Origin: Phycisphaeraceae bacterium
GTDB lineage: Bacteria; Planctomycetota; Phycisphaerae; Phycisphaerales; Phycisphaeraceae
Direction: 5' to 3'
Length of the DNA stretch: 64,000 bases
Assembly: GCA_963674705.1 (NCBI GenBank)
Contig: OY771506.1
Span: 544,001 to 608,000, forward strand
Below, piece by piece: positions 1 through 9,103 of the stretch. The notes beneath the pieces are model-generated. The model was not told the origin of the DNA. It worked only from the letters and a program-made list of their open reading frames with translations, and searched no databases. A program made the position numbers and the translations under genes. Numbering within the stretch: the stretch's first letter is position 1; each line of letters opens with the position of its first letter.

Positions 1-886
1 GGTCGGGCTGGTCAGCGAGCAGGTCCAGCCCACGCTGGTATGCCGCATCGAGCGTGTCGAACGTCAGTTCCGCCTTGGTCCATGTGCTGCGTCCCGACTT
101 CTCCCCATCCGACTTGGCCACGCTCTCGCGCCCCAGTTCAGCAATCGGGCGCAGTTCTGCCGCTCGCAGGAGGCTCGTGATCTCATCTTCGGTAAGCGCC
201 CGCCGGTTTCGCCGACGGTCACCGTGTTCATCCGCCTTGTGCAGGCGTGCCAACGGGTTGAAACTCAGCCGCCCGGATTCGACGCACCAGTTACAGAACG
301 CGACGATCGCTGCACGGTGCGTGTTGCGCGTACGACCAGCCATCCCCTCAACTTCACGCTGGTTCATCCACGTCTCCATCGCCTCGCGGGAGATGTCCGC
401 TACGCGCTTGAACCCGCACTCGGCGACGACTCTTTCGAGTTGGTGTTTCACGTTTCGTCGATGATGGGCCGACACCCGCTTGCCCCGCACCGTCTTGGCC
501 TTGAGGTGTTCCATGTAGGCGGCGATATGCCGGGCAATGGGCTGGTCGGCGAAGTCAGCCTGCCGCTCTTGCTCAGCGGTGAGGATACCCGACTTCACAT
601 GCTCGACCCGCCGCAGCAGGTCAGCCAGTACCTGCCGGGCGGCCTGTTCATCTCGGCACCCGGTCGATTCGATCCGCTCGATACCCTCAGCGTCCCGATA
701 CCGGGCGAACCACGTCGGGCTCTCTCGGATGATCTTGGTTTGCCCATGCTGGCCAGTGGTGATCTGGTCGTAGTGCTTGCGACCACGCCGGTCGATCCAC
801 ATCGCCACGCGATGGCCCCGCCGCTCGACGATCTCGCACTGCCTGGGCAGGTGCTGGGTGTACGTCTTTCTGAAGATGTTCGCCAT
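1..886 (-). CDS. Tyrosine recombinase/integrase, N-terminal part (runs off window start)
   Basis: Manual translation from ATG at 886: MANIFRKTYTQHLP...WFARYRDAEGIERIESTGCRDEQAARQVLADL...RTRNTHRAAIVAFCNWCVESGRLSFNPL...RRALTEDEITSLL; arm-binding and core-binding domains of planctomycete-type integrases; not in ORF track because no stop inside window. Confidence 0.85.
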   Translation of the reverse strand, partial: MANIFRKTYTQHLPRQCEIVERRGHRVAMWIDRRGRKHYDQITTGQHGQTKIIRESPTWFARYRDAEGIERIESTGCRDEQAARQVLADLLRRVEHVKSGILTAEQERQADFADQPIARHIAAYMEHLKAKTVRGKRVSAHHRRNVKHQLERVVAECGFKRVADISREAMETWMNQREVEGMAGRTRNTHRAAIVAFCNWCVESGRLSFNPLARLHKADEHGDRRRNRRALTEDEITSLLRAAELRPIAELGRESVAKSDGEKSGRSTWTKAELTFDTLDAAYQRGLDLLADQPD

Positions 887-1001
887 ATCCGAATCCCTTC
901 AAGCCGGGCCATACGCCCGGTGTTGGTCGTCCTTGACACACTCAGCGGTCAGTCGCCCCTGAAAGCAAGGGCAACACGGCCCCTCGCGAAAAGGGGCCAC
1001 A

Positions 1002-1069
1002 GGTCCGCAGGTTCAAAAGGTTCAGAAGGTCGGCCCACTGGGCTTTTGGACCTTTTGAACCCCTGAACC
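1002..1069. repeat. Inverted array of short GGT(T/C)C-type repeats, candidate replication origin
   Basis: GGTTCAAAAGGTTCAGAAG (1010-1028) versus reverse complement of 1043-1061 GGTTCAAAAGGTCCAAAAG (17/19); extra copies outside; hairpin GGCCCCT/AGGGGCC at 978-998; directly downstream of primase gene. Confidence 0.55.
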
Positions 1070-1080
1070 ATGGCGGCCGA

Positions 1081-3405
1081 TCACGGCGTCGGGGCCGCCA
1101 CCTTGGGGTTGATGTGATGGACCACCTTGGCGCGGCCCGGCGTGTTGAGCGTCTCGGTTCGCAGCCAGCTCAGTTCGATCAGTTCATCCACGGCAAGCTG
1201 GACCTGTTCGGCATCGGCCAGGAGCGACCAGTGGTGGCCGTGGTACACATCACGGATGGTGAAGCCGGTGGTCACATCGCCCTGTTCTATGCGCTGGGCC
1301 AGCGCCCGGGCATGCGCCGTGGCCGGGTGGATGCCGCGCGAGTAGATGCGCCGGGCATGCGACTCGAGGTAGTCGGCCCATCCGATCGCCCGCGTCACGG
1401 CATCGAGCGTTACCGGGTCACCGTCGGACTCAGCCAGGTGGATAATCAGCGCCAACGCCGGCACAAGTTTGCGGTACTTGGTCAGGTGACTCTCCACAGC
1501 AGGATGTTCCGCACCGCTTCGGAGGTGGTTCTCGCGGTCCACCATCCATGCATAGAACCGGTCCTGCGCCTCAGCATCGAATCGAAGGAACGGCATGGTG
1601 TTGCTATCGAACGCACCGGGCAGTTCGCCGATGGATGAGGCGGGCAGTTCATCGAAGCGCTGGTACACCTCGTAGGCCGAATTCTTCGCATCAGAATCAG
1701 GCCAGCGGTCAACGACCTGCCATGCACCGGGGTCATCAGGCCAGACCGCCATCTGGAACCGCTGCATCAGGCCATCGTCACCGGTGCCGCCACGCAGGGC
1801 TTCACCGAGATAGGTGCCAAGTGGACCGGGCTGGATGGTCCCGAGGATGCTCAGGCAGAACCCATCGATGCGAACGTTGCCGCGCCCGATCCGGTCAGAC
1901 TCGCACGATCCGTCGCCGGTCCAACCTTCGAGATAGAACGCACGAGCACCCTCCTGGCCCGGGCGCTCCAACGACTTGAGCAGGCCGATCAGTTCGTCGC
2001 GTTCGATGATGACGCCGTTGGGGTTGGCAGCCAGAATCTCACCTAGCGCTTCGACCGTAGCATCGTTAACGGTGTAGCGTTTCCGCTTCGGCTCCTCGGG
2101 CCGGGTCATCGATGCCAGTTCATCCTGCAAATCCTGCGTGTCCTCACCGGCCTTCATGGCGGCGGCGATGTTGTTGCGGATGACCTTGGTCTGGATGCCC
2201 TGAAGGTCAGACGCGGCAAGATACTCAGCCATGGCGGCTTCGTACTCGGCCAGCGCGTCGGCGGTCATGCGTCGGATCGGTAGTAACGTCTCCTTCATCG
2301 GCGGGCTTTTCATCAGGCTCGGCCGACCAATGAGCACACCCCACAGATTCGGGTACACCGTCCAGTTGTCTCGCTGCTTGGGGCGCATTGCGATCTTGCG
2401 ACCCAAGATGCCCGACAGCGCCACCATTGATGCCACCGCCGGGAAGTCCGGCGGACACTGCATGCGATCGGCGATGTCCACGATCCAAGGTCGAAGCGTC
2501 GAGGGCAGCAACACCGGGTCGAACGGCTTGACCGGCGGCAGGTCATCGGGGATTGGCTGCGGGTCGGGCCAGGCATTGGTATAACCGAGATACCGCTCAG
2601 GCCAGCATTCAATATCCGCCTGGCGGGCGCTATCGGGGTCATAGCGGCTGACGCTATCGGCGATGCGTTCGACCTCTTTCACATCGAGCGGCGGTTGGCA
2701 CCTGGACTCGTTTCGCGCAAGCAACGCAGCCTTGATCTCGGCGGCATTCATGCCGACCTGACGAAGGTGGCCACCCAGACGCATCAATGTGTTATTGCGA
2801 TGCCCCTCGGGAATCACATCACCCTCAGCGACTGGCGCAGCACCCAAATGCTTCGGCTCTGCACGGGCTCCCGCACCGATTGCTGTGAGCAACCAGGCGG
2901 GCGCGTCGGGAAAATCACACTCGCCCGGCTCCTGCTCCAGCAACCAGTTGTAGGTGTTGCCCGACTCGTGATTACTCGGCGGCAGGATGACGTATCCGCC
3001 ATCACCCTTGATGTCGATGCCCGAAGCGACCTGTCCCGTCGAGCATTTCACCCGCTGCCCAGGCCATTTGAAATAGATGTGTCGGCCACCACCGCCTGTT
3101 TGACATTCAACCGTGTGGGGCAAGGGCCCGTGTTCGGCTTCGAGTTCATCGAGGAAGATGTCGCCACCGTGGCGTGGATCGATGTCCATCACGAACAAAC
3201 CCGCTTCTATGCCGGTTCGCAGCGCGATCGCGGCATCGGGCCACCGCGACCACCACAGCAGCATCTGCTGACGATTGGTGGTGGCAGCGTAAAACCCCTT
3301 TTCCACCAGCGGCTGGTGCCCAGTGGGATGGCACGGAAACACCGGCCACCCCATCTCGGCGTACCGAACCGCAGCATCGATCAACTCTTTCTGACGATCG
3401 CTCAT
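1081..3405 (-). CDS. Bifunctional DNA primase/polymerase (Prim-Pol) + PriCT + DUF3987/YfjI-like helicase fusion
   Basis: GWPVFP, VMDIDPRHGG, TGGGGRHIYF, IDIKGDGGYVILPPS; EGHRNNTL; GRPSLMKSP Walker-A-like, DATVEAL, RDEL, DGLMQRF; ATGA overlap with upstream stop. Confidence 0.88.
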   Translation of the reverse strand: MSDRQKELIDAAVRYAEMGWPVFPCHPTGHQPLVEKGFYAATTNRQQMLLWWSRWPDAAIALRTGIEAGLFVMDIDPRHGGDIFLDELEAEHGPLPHTVECQTGGGGRHIYFKWPGQRVKCSTGQVASGIDIKGDGGYVILPPSNHESGNTYNWLLEQEPGECDFPDAPAWLLTAIGAGARAEPKHLGAAPVAEGDVIPEGHRNNTLMRLGGHLRQVGMNAAEIKAALLARNESRCQPPLDVKEVERIADSVSRYDPDSARQADIECWPERYLGYTNAWPDPQPIPDDLPPVKPFDPVLLPSTLRPWIVDIADRMQCPPDFPAVASMVALSGILGRKIAMRPKQRDNWTVYPNLWGVLIGRPSLMKSPPMKETLLPIRRMTADALAEYEAAMAEYLAASDLQGIQTKVIRNNIAAAMKAGEDTQDLQDELASMTRPEEPKRKRYTVNDATVEALGEILAANPNGVIIERDELIGLLKSLERPGQEGARAFYLEGWTGDGSCESDRIGRGNVRIDGFCLSILGTIQPGPLGTYLGEALRGGTGDDGLMQRFQMAVWPDDPGAWQVVDRWPDSDAKNSAYEVYQRFDELPASSIGELPGAFDSNTMPFLRFDAEAQDRFYAWMVDRENHLRSGAEHPAVESHLTKYRKLVPALALIIHLAESDGDPVTLDAVTRAIGWADYLESHARRIYSRGIHPATAHARALAQRIEQGDVTTGFTIRDVYHGHHWSLLADAEQVQLAVDELIELSWLRTETLNTPGRAKVVHHINPKVAAPTP

Positions 3406-3629
3406 CGGCGGCCTCCCTTCACGGCCGGGCAACCATCGGCGATCCACTGTTCAATCTCACTTCGTTTCCAACGCACCAGCGTCCCCAGCCGCACCGGGCG
3501 CGGCATGCGACCGGAATCGTTGAGCCGGTACACCGTTCGCTCCGAGCAATTCAGCAAACGGGCGACATCCTTGATGGTCATTAAAGCGGTGGTGGTTACC
3601 AGGGGATGCATAGAGGTGGTATCAGTCAC
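3402..3629 (-). CDS. AlpA/excisionase-like HTH protein
   Basis: LMTIKDVARLLNCSERTVYRL..GRMPRPVRLGTLVRWKRSEIEQWI. Confidence 0.85.
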   Translation of the reverse strand: MTDTTSMHPLVTTTALMTIKDVARLLNCSERTVYRLNDSGRMPRPVRLGTLVRWKRSEIEQWIADGCPAVKGGRR

Positions 3630-3840
3630 GAGCTACCCCCTTATCCATCTGCCCGACGGTGTAGCCGTGGCGTCGCAGAGCAGCACTGATCATGTCGAGG
3701 TGGTCCTCGGAGATCAGCCGACGCCCGCCGATGATCGGGCATAGGTCGTCGCGTAACTCCCGTCGGTGGAACAGGTCAGGGATGTCGCGTGGCCGAGCGC
3801 CGAGTCGTCGGGCTGTCTCTGAAACGGACAGGTACTGCAT
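3622..3840 (-). CDS. Small HTH DNA-binding protein
   Basis: MQYLSVSETARRLG...IIGGRRLI; GGAGG RBS upstream; overlaps AlpA gene. Confidence 0.65.
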   Translation of the reverse strand: MQYLSVSETARRLGARPRDIPDLFHRRELRDDLCPIIGGRRLISEDHLDMISAALRRHGYTVGQMDKGVARD

Positions 3841-4002
3841 AGCGGAACGCCTCCGTGCAAGTGTTCGTTGGTGACCGCCACCGCGACGGCCATCTACTTG
3901 CAATAGGGGCGATTTTGCGACCCGAATCAGGGAATAGAGCGACTTTCTCTAGGGAATCTGAGGGAATTGTCAGTGGTGCCCGGAAGGAAGATCGAATGGT
4001 CA

Positions 4003-5049
4003 TTAATTGCCGAAACGTGACACCAAGGTGTACGAAGGTTCGTCGCGGGGGCCTTCCTTGATGATGATAACGTGGTCGTCGAGGTCGTTCTCGCGCAGAT
4101 GCTTGCGGAGTTTGGACAAGGCCTTGGCAATACGCTTCATCGATTTGTCGAACTGATCTTTGCCATGCTCGTTGCGATATGTCTCTATCCCATCAACTGC
4201 TCGCTGCACCTCGCCCAACGTATGCGACACACCTGGTTTATTGGCCAGCAACATGAACAGGTTGCGAATCTGCGAGCCCTCCGGTCCGAGGTAGAGCCGC
4301 TTGCCCACCCAACGCACGACTCGCGAATCCAACGGGTCAGGCTCAGGCGCGCCAAGCGGTTCTTCAGTCGATTCGTCCGGATCGGTCACCCTCGATGAGG
4401 CACCACCTTCGCCAGCTGGTGGCGTAGCTGACGATGGTGTGTCGGAACCGGCTTCGATACTCGCCAGCAGGCGCAGATGCTCGACAAGTTCATTCGCGAG
4501 CCGCTGTATCTCCGCCTTGGCCCGGGCTTTCGCGCCATGTTCCTCAAATAACGCGCGGTCGATGGCCTCGGCAAACTGCTTGGGCGTTTCGGGCGAGCGG
4601 TCGTTGAGGGTCAGCGACCATACCCGCTGGATACCCTGGCACAAGCGTCCGAGTTGGATCGCATCAGGATCATCGTCGGCGAATACCCGGCGGTACCGGG
4701 CCGTGACCCCCTCGATCCGCACACGGCACTGGTCTTCCATCGCATCCAGACGCTGCTCATATGCTTCAGCCGCATCAAACAACGCTTTCGCTCGAAGCGT
4801 CAGGTCTTCGGCCCGACTTGACTGGCCCCGAGCCGCGAGCAATGTTTCTGCTGTTCGCAGCGCCCAGTCGCTGGACTTCCGCAATGATGCAGCCCACTCA
4901 TTGGAGCCGATCTCCTCGAGTATCGGATCGGTGTATGTGGTGTCCGTGCCCAACATGTTGGCCCAGCCCTCGATCTCATCGGCCAGGTGTTCGTAAACCG
5001 TGTCGAGCGCCGGCGTTTGATGTTGATGGTCCGAATCAGTCACACTCAC
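4003..5049 (-). CDS. Hypothetical protein with C-terminal winged-helix-like domain
   Basis: GTGA overlap with upstream stop; C-terminus LFMLLANKPG...IAKALSKLRKHL resembles OmpR/PhoB-type wHTH. Confidence 0.6.
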   Translation of the reverse strand: MSVTDSDHQHQTPALDTVYEHLADEIEGWANMLGTDTTYTDPILEEIGSNEWAASLRKSSDWALRTAETLLAARGQSSRAEDLTLRAKALFDAAEAYEQRLDAMEDQCRVRIEGVTARYRRVFADDDPDAIQLGRLCQGIQRVWSLTLNDRSPETPKQFAEAIDRALFEEHGAKARAKAEIQRLANELVEHLRLLASIEAGSDTPSSATPPAGEGGASSRVTDPDESTEEPLGAPEPDPLDSRVVRWVGKRLYLGPEGSQIRNLFMLLANKPGVSHTLGEVQRAVDGIETYRNEHGKDQFDKSMKRIAKALSKLRKHLRENDLDDHVIIIKEGPRDEPSYTLVSRFGN

Positions 5050-5705
5050 GACTCCCGCCACTCAGCCAGCATGTCGTTGACCTCGTCGAGGTCGAACACT
5101 TCGGGATCGAAATCGTCACCCAGCCATTCAACCAGATCATCGTGTTCTTCGTGATCGGGATCATCCACCGCCTCAAGCAGATGGTAGTACCCATAGATGC
5201 CGCCGCAATCCTCAGGCGGACAGGCCAGCTTTCCTGCCAGGCACACGGGATACTCGACGCCCGGCTTGGGCTCTTCGATCTTCTGCACCTCGACAATGTG
5301 TTCCCACCCATCGCCGAAGTCGTACTCGTAGATCAGTTTGCTTTTGACCTTCGGACACACCTCGGCCAGCGTGACCATATCTTCATCTTCACCATCCATA
5401 TCCTCAATAAAATCACCAAATGGTGTGGTCGTCATCACAAATACCCGCTCTCCACGCATGCGAGCAATGAACACATCACTCATGATGTCGTCCTGACTCA
5501 TTTGCTTGACTTCATCGCGGCTCGGTTTGAGTGACTTATCACGTAGTACAAACTGGTGCAGGTGGCTGTTCGTCCACCCCATGGCGATCTGAATCACCTC
5601 GTGCAACTGTCCGAGCCTGATATCCGAGAGCACCACCACCCGCCGCCATATTGGTGGCTTGCTGTCGCGGAGCATGATGCGAAGTGTGTATATCTTCTGA
5701 CTCAT
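5046..5705 (-). CDS. Plasmid pRiA4b ORF-3 family protein
   Basis: PPIWRRVVV, MGWTNSHLHQF, YEYDFGDGWEH, CPPEDCGG. Confidence 0.9.
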   Translation of the reverse strand: MSQKIYTLRIMLRDSKPPIWRRVVVLSDIRLGQLHEVIQIAMGWTNSHLHQFVLRDKSLKPSRDEVKQMSQDDIMSDVFIARMRGERVFVMTTTPFGDFIEDMDGEDEDMVTLAEVCPKVKSKLIYEYDFGDGWEHIVEVQKIEEPKPGVEYPVCLAGKLACPPEDCGGIYGYYHLLEAVDDPDHEEHDDLVEWLGDDFDPEVFDLDEVNDMLAEWRES

Positions 5706-5998
5706 ACGGGTTACCTCACATTTAGTAGCTGTAATGCCTCGCGATTTCATCGACGGGGACGTTGTCGGGCACGTACTTCAATGATGCCGCCTATTCCTCA
5801 TCCGTGAGCGGGCCAGTAAATCCTCGCCGGGTGGCTTCATCGATTGGCACGATACATCATCCAGCCACAGCAAGCATTGGATTGTTGCGCTCGCGTCCTG
5901 TTTGTCGTTCTTATGTGATCGATGAGGTATTATTCAACCTGTTTGACAAAAGTGGGTTATCCTTTGCTGTTATTGTTGTCACGTCTGCTTTCACCGAG

Positions 5999-6133
5999 TC
6001 ATCACCCGATGATCTGCCGATGGAACCGCTAGTGGCGGCCGATCTTGGTGCTCGGAATTTCACCGCATCGAACGGGGTAGTAAAGAGTGGACTTGCTGAT
6101 CTTGAGATAGTCCGCTAGCTCGTCAATCGTCAT
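5999..6133 (-). pseudogene. Degraded excisionase-family HTH gene
   Basis: Manual translation MTIDELADYLKISKSTLYYPVRCGEIPSTKIGRH*RFHRQIIG**; expected Trp codon is TAG at 6029-6031. Confidence 0.75.
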
Positions 6134-6438
6134 CACATTACCTAGGTATGATCGTCATTCTGTCCTGGTGCGGAGAAGAGGGGTGTAGGGCTGATTGAGC
6201 ACGCCGTCGCCCCCATCCGCATGCGTTGGCCCGCGAGACTTGCCTATTTGACAGCTATTGCCGACTGTGGTCAATCGCAGGTCATGGTTGGCGGTGACAA
6301 CTGGGTGCAAGGGCGCTCGCGGCGGGGTGCGGCATGGTTCCTTCCTGGCGCGATTCTCAGTGATGCCAGCGGAACCAGTCGCGGTGTTAGACACAGTTTG
6401 TTTTGAGCGTGTCGTTTTCCATAACGAGCCGTCGTACA

Positions 6439-6670
6439 GGGTTCATCCCGCCATACTTCGTCCGCCAGCGGTAGTACGTCTGCTCGCTGATGCTCAACTG
6501 CTTGCAGACCTCCGGCACCTTCAGCCCTTGCCCAGTTCAATATCCGCCCAGCGGAGCTTGGTCACGATCTGCTCGGCTCTGTGTCACTTCTTCATCAAAG
6601 AATCCTTCCCGGCCAAAGGCCCGCTGGATTTTCTCATAAAAACTTGGATCGGGTTTTCAGGAGGGAGGCA
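6439..6670 (-). mobile_element. IS3-family left-end remnant with broken orfA
   Basis: End TGCCTCCCTCCTGAAAACCCGATCCA from 6670; orfA MKK*HRAEQIVTKLRWADIELGK, frameshift, LKVPEVCKQLSISEQTYYRWRTKYGGMNP then abrupt end. Confidence 0.8.
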
Positions 6671-6752
6671 ATATTGATTCGCCGATTACTCGGCTCCACG
6701 CGCTCCCACTGAATGTCTTACCGTTCACGTTTGTTAGTCGTCGACAGGGCGA

Positions 6753-7266
6753 TTATCGATGCGTGTTCATTGCTTCTGGCGTCGACCAGAACCCCCAGCC
6801 CGCGGCATCTTTCATGTAGGTGTTGAATGAACGAGAGGCTCTGCCCAGTGCGCGCTGCACGCAGTCGGCGACATATGCGTTGACAGCGGTCGCGGCCAGC
6901 TCGAACAGATACCGGAGCAGCTTGGCGAAGTCATCAGGAACGCCGGCGTCGATAAGCCCCTCGTTGTACTGGCCGATCGTGATCGGGGGGGGACTCGATC
7001 TGACGGCTGGTTGCTTCGCTAAGCTTGCCGGCCACATCGGCGAAACGAAGAAGATCGGGGCCGGTGACCTCGTAGACTTCACCATCGTGGCGAGAATCTG
7101 TCAGTGCGGCGATGGCAACATCCGCGATGACATCAATATCGATAAGTGGTTCAAGGGCATCTCGGTTGGGCAATGTGATCTTGCCTGCATTGACCATCTC
7201 GACAAATTCGCCTTCGCTGAAGTTCTGATTGAACCAATCTGCCGACTTGCGCTTCGAGATAAACAA
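6753..7266 (-). pseudogene. NmrA-family NAD(P)H-binding protein remnant (5' truncated, frameshifted)
   Basis: WFNQNFSEG...IDIDVIADVAIAALT...YEVTGP in one frame, continuing as VQRALGRASRSF in another; shift near G8 run 6985-6992. Confidence 0.75.
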
Positions 7267-7481
7267 AGTTCCTTACAGGCACCTCGTAGAAAGGCAGATC
7301 CAGATAATGACAACATTTACTCAGCCACCTCATCGCTAGCCTTTATAGGCCCGGCTTCATGGGACATTATTGACCATCCCCGGGGTAACGCCAAATGCGG
7401 CCGATACAGTAGTGATGCTCAAGCGGTATTGGTCAAGGCCAATCTAGAATAGAATTTGAAAAATAATGGGGTGCCCTGGAT

Positions 7482-8249
7482 TTACCGTCCCATCCACCCG
7501 CCATCGACGGTCAGGACTTCGCCGTGGACGTAGTTTGAAGCATTGGACGCGAGGAAGACGACCGGCCCTTTGAAGTCGGCCTGCTCACCCCAGCGGCCTG
7601 CGGGGATGCGGGTAAGCATCTGCTCGCTACGAGCCGTATCACTACGCAGAGCCTGGGTATTGTCGGTAGCGATATACCCCGGTGCGATTGCGTTGACATT
7701 CACGCCTTTGCTGGCCCATTCATTCGCTAGGCCTTTGACTAACGTTGCGATCCCGCCTTTGCTTGCGGTGTAGCCCGGCACCGTGATACCGCCTTGGAAG
7801 CTCAATAGCGAGGCGGTGAAAATGATCTTGCCGTAGCCCTGTTCCAGCATCTGCCGGCCCATCTCGCGGCTGAGGACAAATTGCGCGCTGAGATTAACTT
7901 CAATCACCTCATCCCACCAATCGTCGGGGTGTTCGGCGGCAGGCTTGCGCTTGATAGTGCCCGCGTTGTTGACGAGGATATCGATGCGTAGGTGTTCTGT
8001 GGTCACGTGGGTAATGAAAGCGTACGGCGCGGAGCGGTCGCCAAAGTCGCATTGATAGCCACGGAATCGCTTGCCCCTGGCCTGGACCGCTTTCTCAATC
8101 TCGCTGCCTTTGGATTCCAGCGACGCGCTGACGCCGATGATGTCGGCTCCGGCCTCGGCCATCGCGAATCCGATACCACGTTTGCAGCCGGTCACGAGTG
8201 CGACCCTTACCGTCAGGTCGAAGCTTTCCAGCGCGGTCATATCAATCAC
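7482..8249 (-). CDS. kduD: 2-dehydro-3-deoxy-D-gluconate 5-dehydrogenase (SDR)
   Basis: TGCKRGIG, NNAG, ASLLSFQGGITVPGYTASKGG, VDGGWMGR; coupled to kduI. Confidence 0.88.
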   Translation of the reverse strand: MIDMTALESFDLTVRVALVTGCKRGIGFAMAEAGADIIGVSASLESKGSEIEKAVQARGKRFRGYQCDFGDRSAPYAFITHVTTEHLRIDILVNNAGTIKRKPAAEHPDDWWDEVIEVNLSAQFVLSREMGRQMLEQGYGKIIFTASLLSFQGGITVPGYTASKGGIATLVKGLANEWASKGVNVNAIAPGYIATDNTQALRSDTARSEQMLTRIPAGRWGEQADFKGPVVFLASNASNYVHGEVLTVDGGWMGR

Positions 8250-9076
8250 CCTAATTCAGGAATCGTGACGGCGTCCATGTCAGCAAAGCGTTGGTTTTCG
8301 CCACCCATACCCCAAAGAAACCGGTAGTTGGACGTGCCGCAGCCACAGTGGATCGACCAGGGTGGGGAGAGTACGGCCTGCGCCTCGGACAGCCACAGCC
8401 CGCGTGTCTCAGTGGGCTCGCCCATCAGATGAAGCACGCGATGGTCCTGGGTAATATCGAAGTACAGGTACACTTCGCTGCGGCGGTTATGGGTATGTGG
8501 CGGCATGGTGTTCCACACACTCCCGGTCGCCAGTTCGGTGTAACCCATCACGAGTTGGCAGCTCTTGATTCCGTCTTCGTGGATGTATTGGAAGATAGTG
8601 CGTTTATTGGCGGCGTCATCGGACCCGAGGTCTACACGGTTGGCTTGTTCGCGTGTGACGTGAGTGGTGGCGTACTCGGTATGCGCAGGGTAGCTCAGCA
8701 AGATGTACTTCGCGGGTGACCCGGCGGACGTGCTTTCCAAGACGACCTCCTGGCTGCCCCGGCCGACGTAAAGTACGTCCAGATTGGCCATGTCATGTCG
8801 GATCCCGTCAACTATCACCGAGCCCGCACCACCGATGTTCATCACGCCAAGTTCGCGACGTTGGCAGAAGTAATCGGCTCGCAGGGCGTCGTCGGCAGTC
8901 AATAGGATCGGTGCGTCGGTGGGTACGGCGGAGCCTACTACCGCTCGATCCACATCGGTATATGTCAGCGACAGCTCGCCGGAGCAGAACAGGTTCTCGA
9001 TCAGAAACGATTCACGTAGCTCGGCGTTGGTCATCCGGCGATAACTTTGCGCGTCCGCAGTGCGTTGCATTCTCAT
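8246..9076 (-). CDS. kduI: 5-dehydro-4-deoxy-D-glucuronate isomerase
   Basis: RRELGVMNIGG, SCQLVMG, WNTMPPHTHNRRSEVYLYF, SPPWSIH, MGGENQ. Confidence 0.95.
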   Translation of the reverse strand: MRMQRTADAQSYRRMTNAELRESFLIENLFCSGELSLTYTDVDRAVVGSAVPTDAPILLTADDALRADYFCQRRELGVMNIGGAGSVIVDGIRHDMANLDVLYVGRGSQEVVLESTSAGSPAKYILLSYPAHTEYATTHVTREQANRVDLGSDDAANKRTIFQYIHEDGIKSCQLVMGYTELATGSVWNTMPPHTHNRRSEVYLYFDITQDHRVLHLMGEPTETRGLWLSEAQAVLSPPWSIHCGCGTSNYRFLWGMGGENQRFADMDAVTIPELG

Positions 9077-9103
9077 TTATGTAAGCTCCTCGGATATCTA
9101 AAT

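Noticed and set aside
224..1066. 280-aa plus-strand ORF
   Set aside because: Antisense shadow of the minus-strand integrase; no motif of its own
2695..3744. 349-aa plus-strand ORF
   Set aside because: Antisense to the primase, AlpA and HTH genes
1..5705. Prophage or conjugative element
   Set aside because: No structural, packaging, lysis, relaxase or T4SS genes seen in the window
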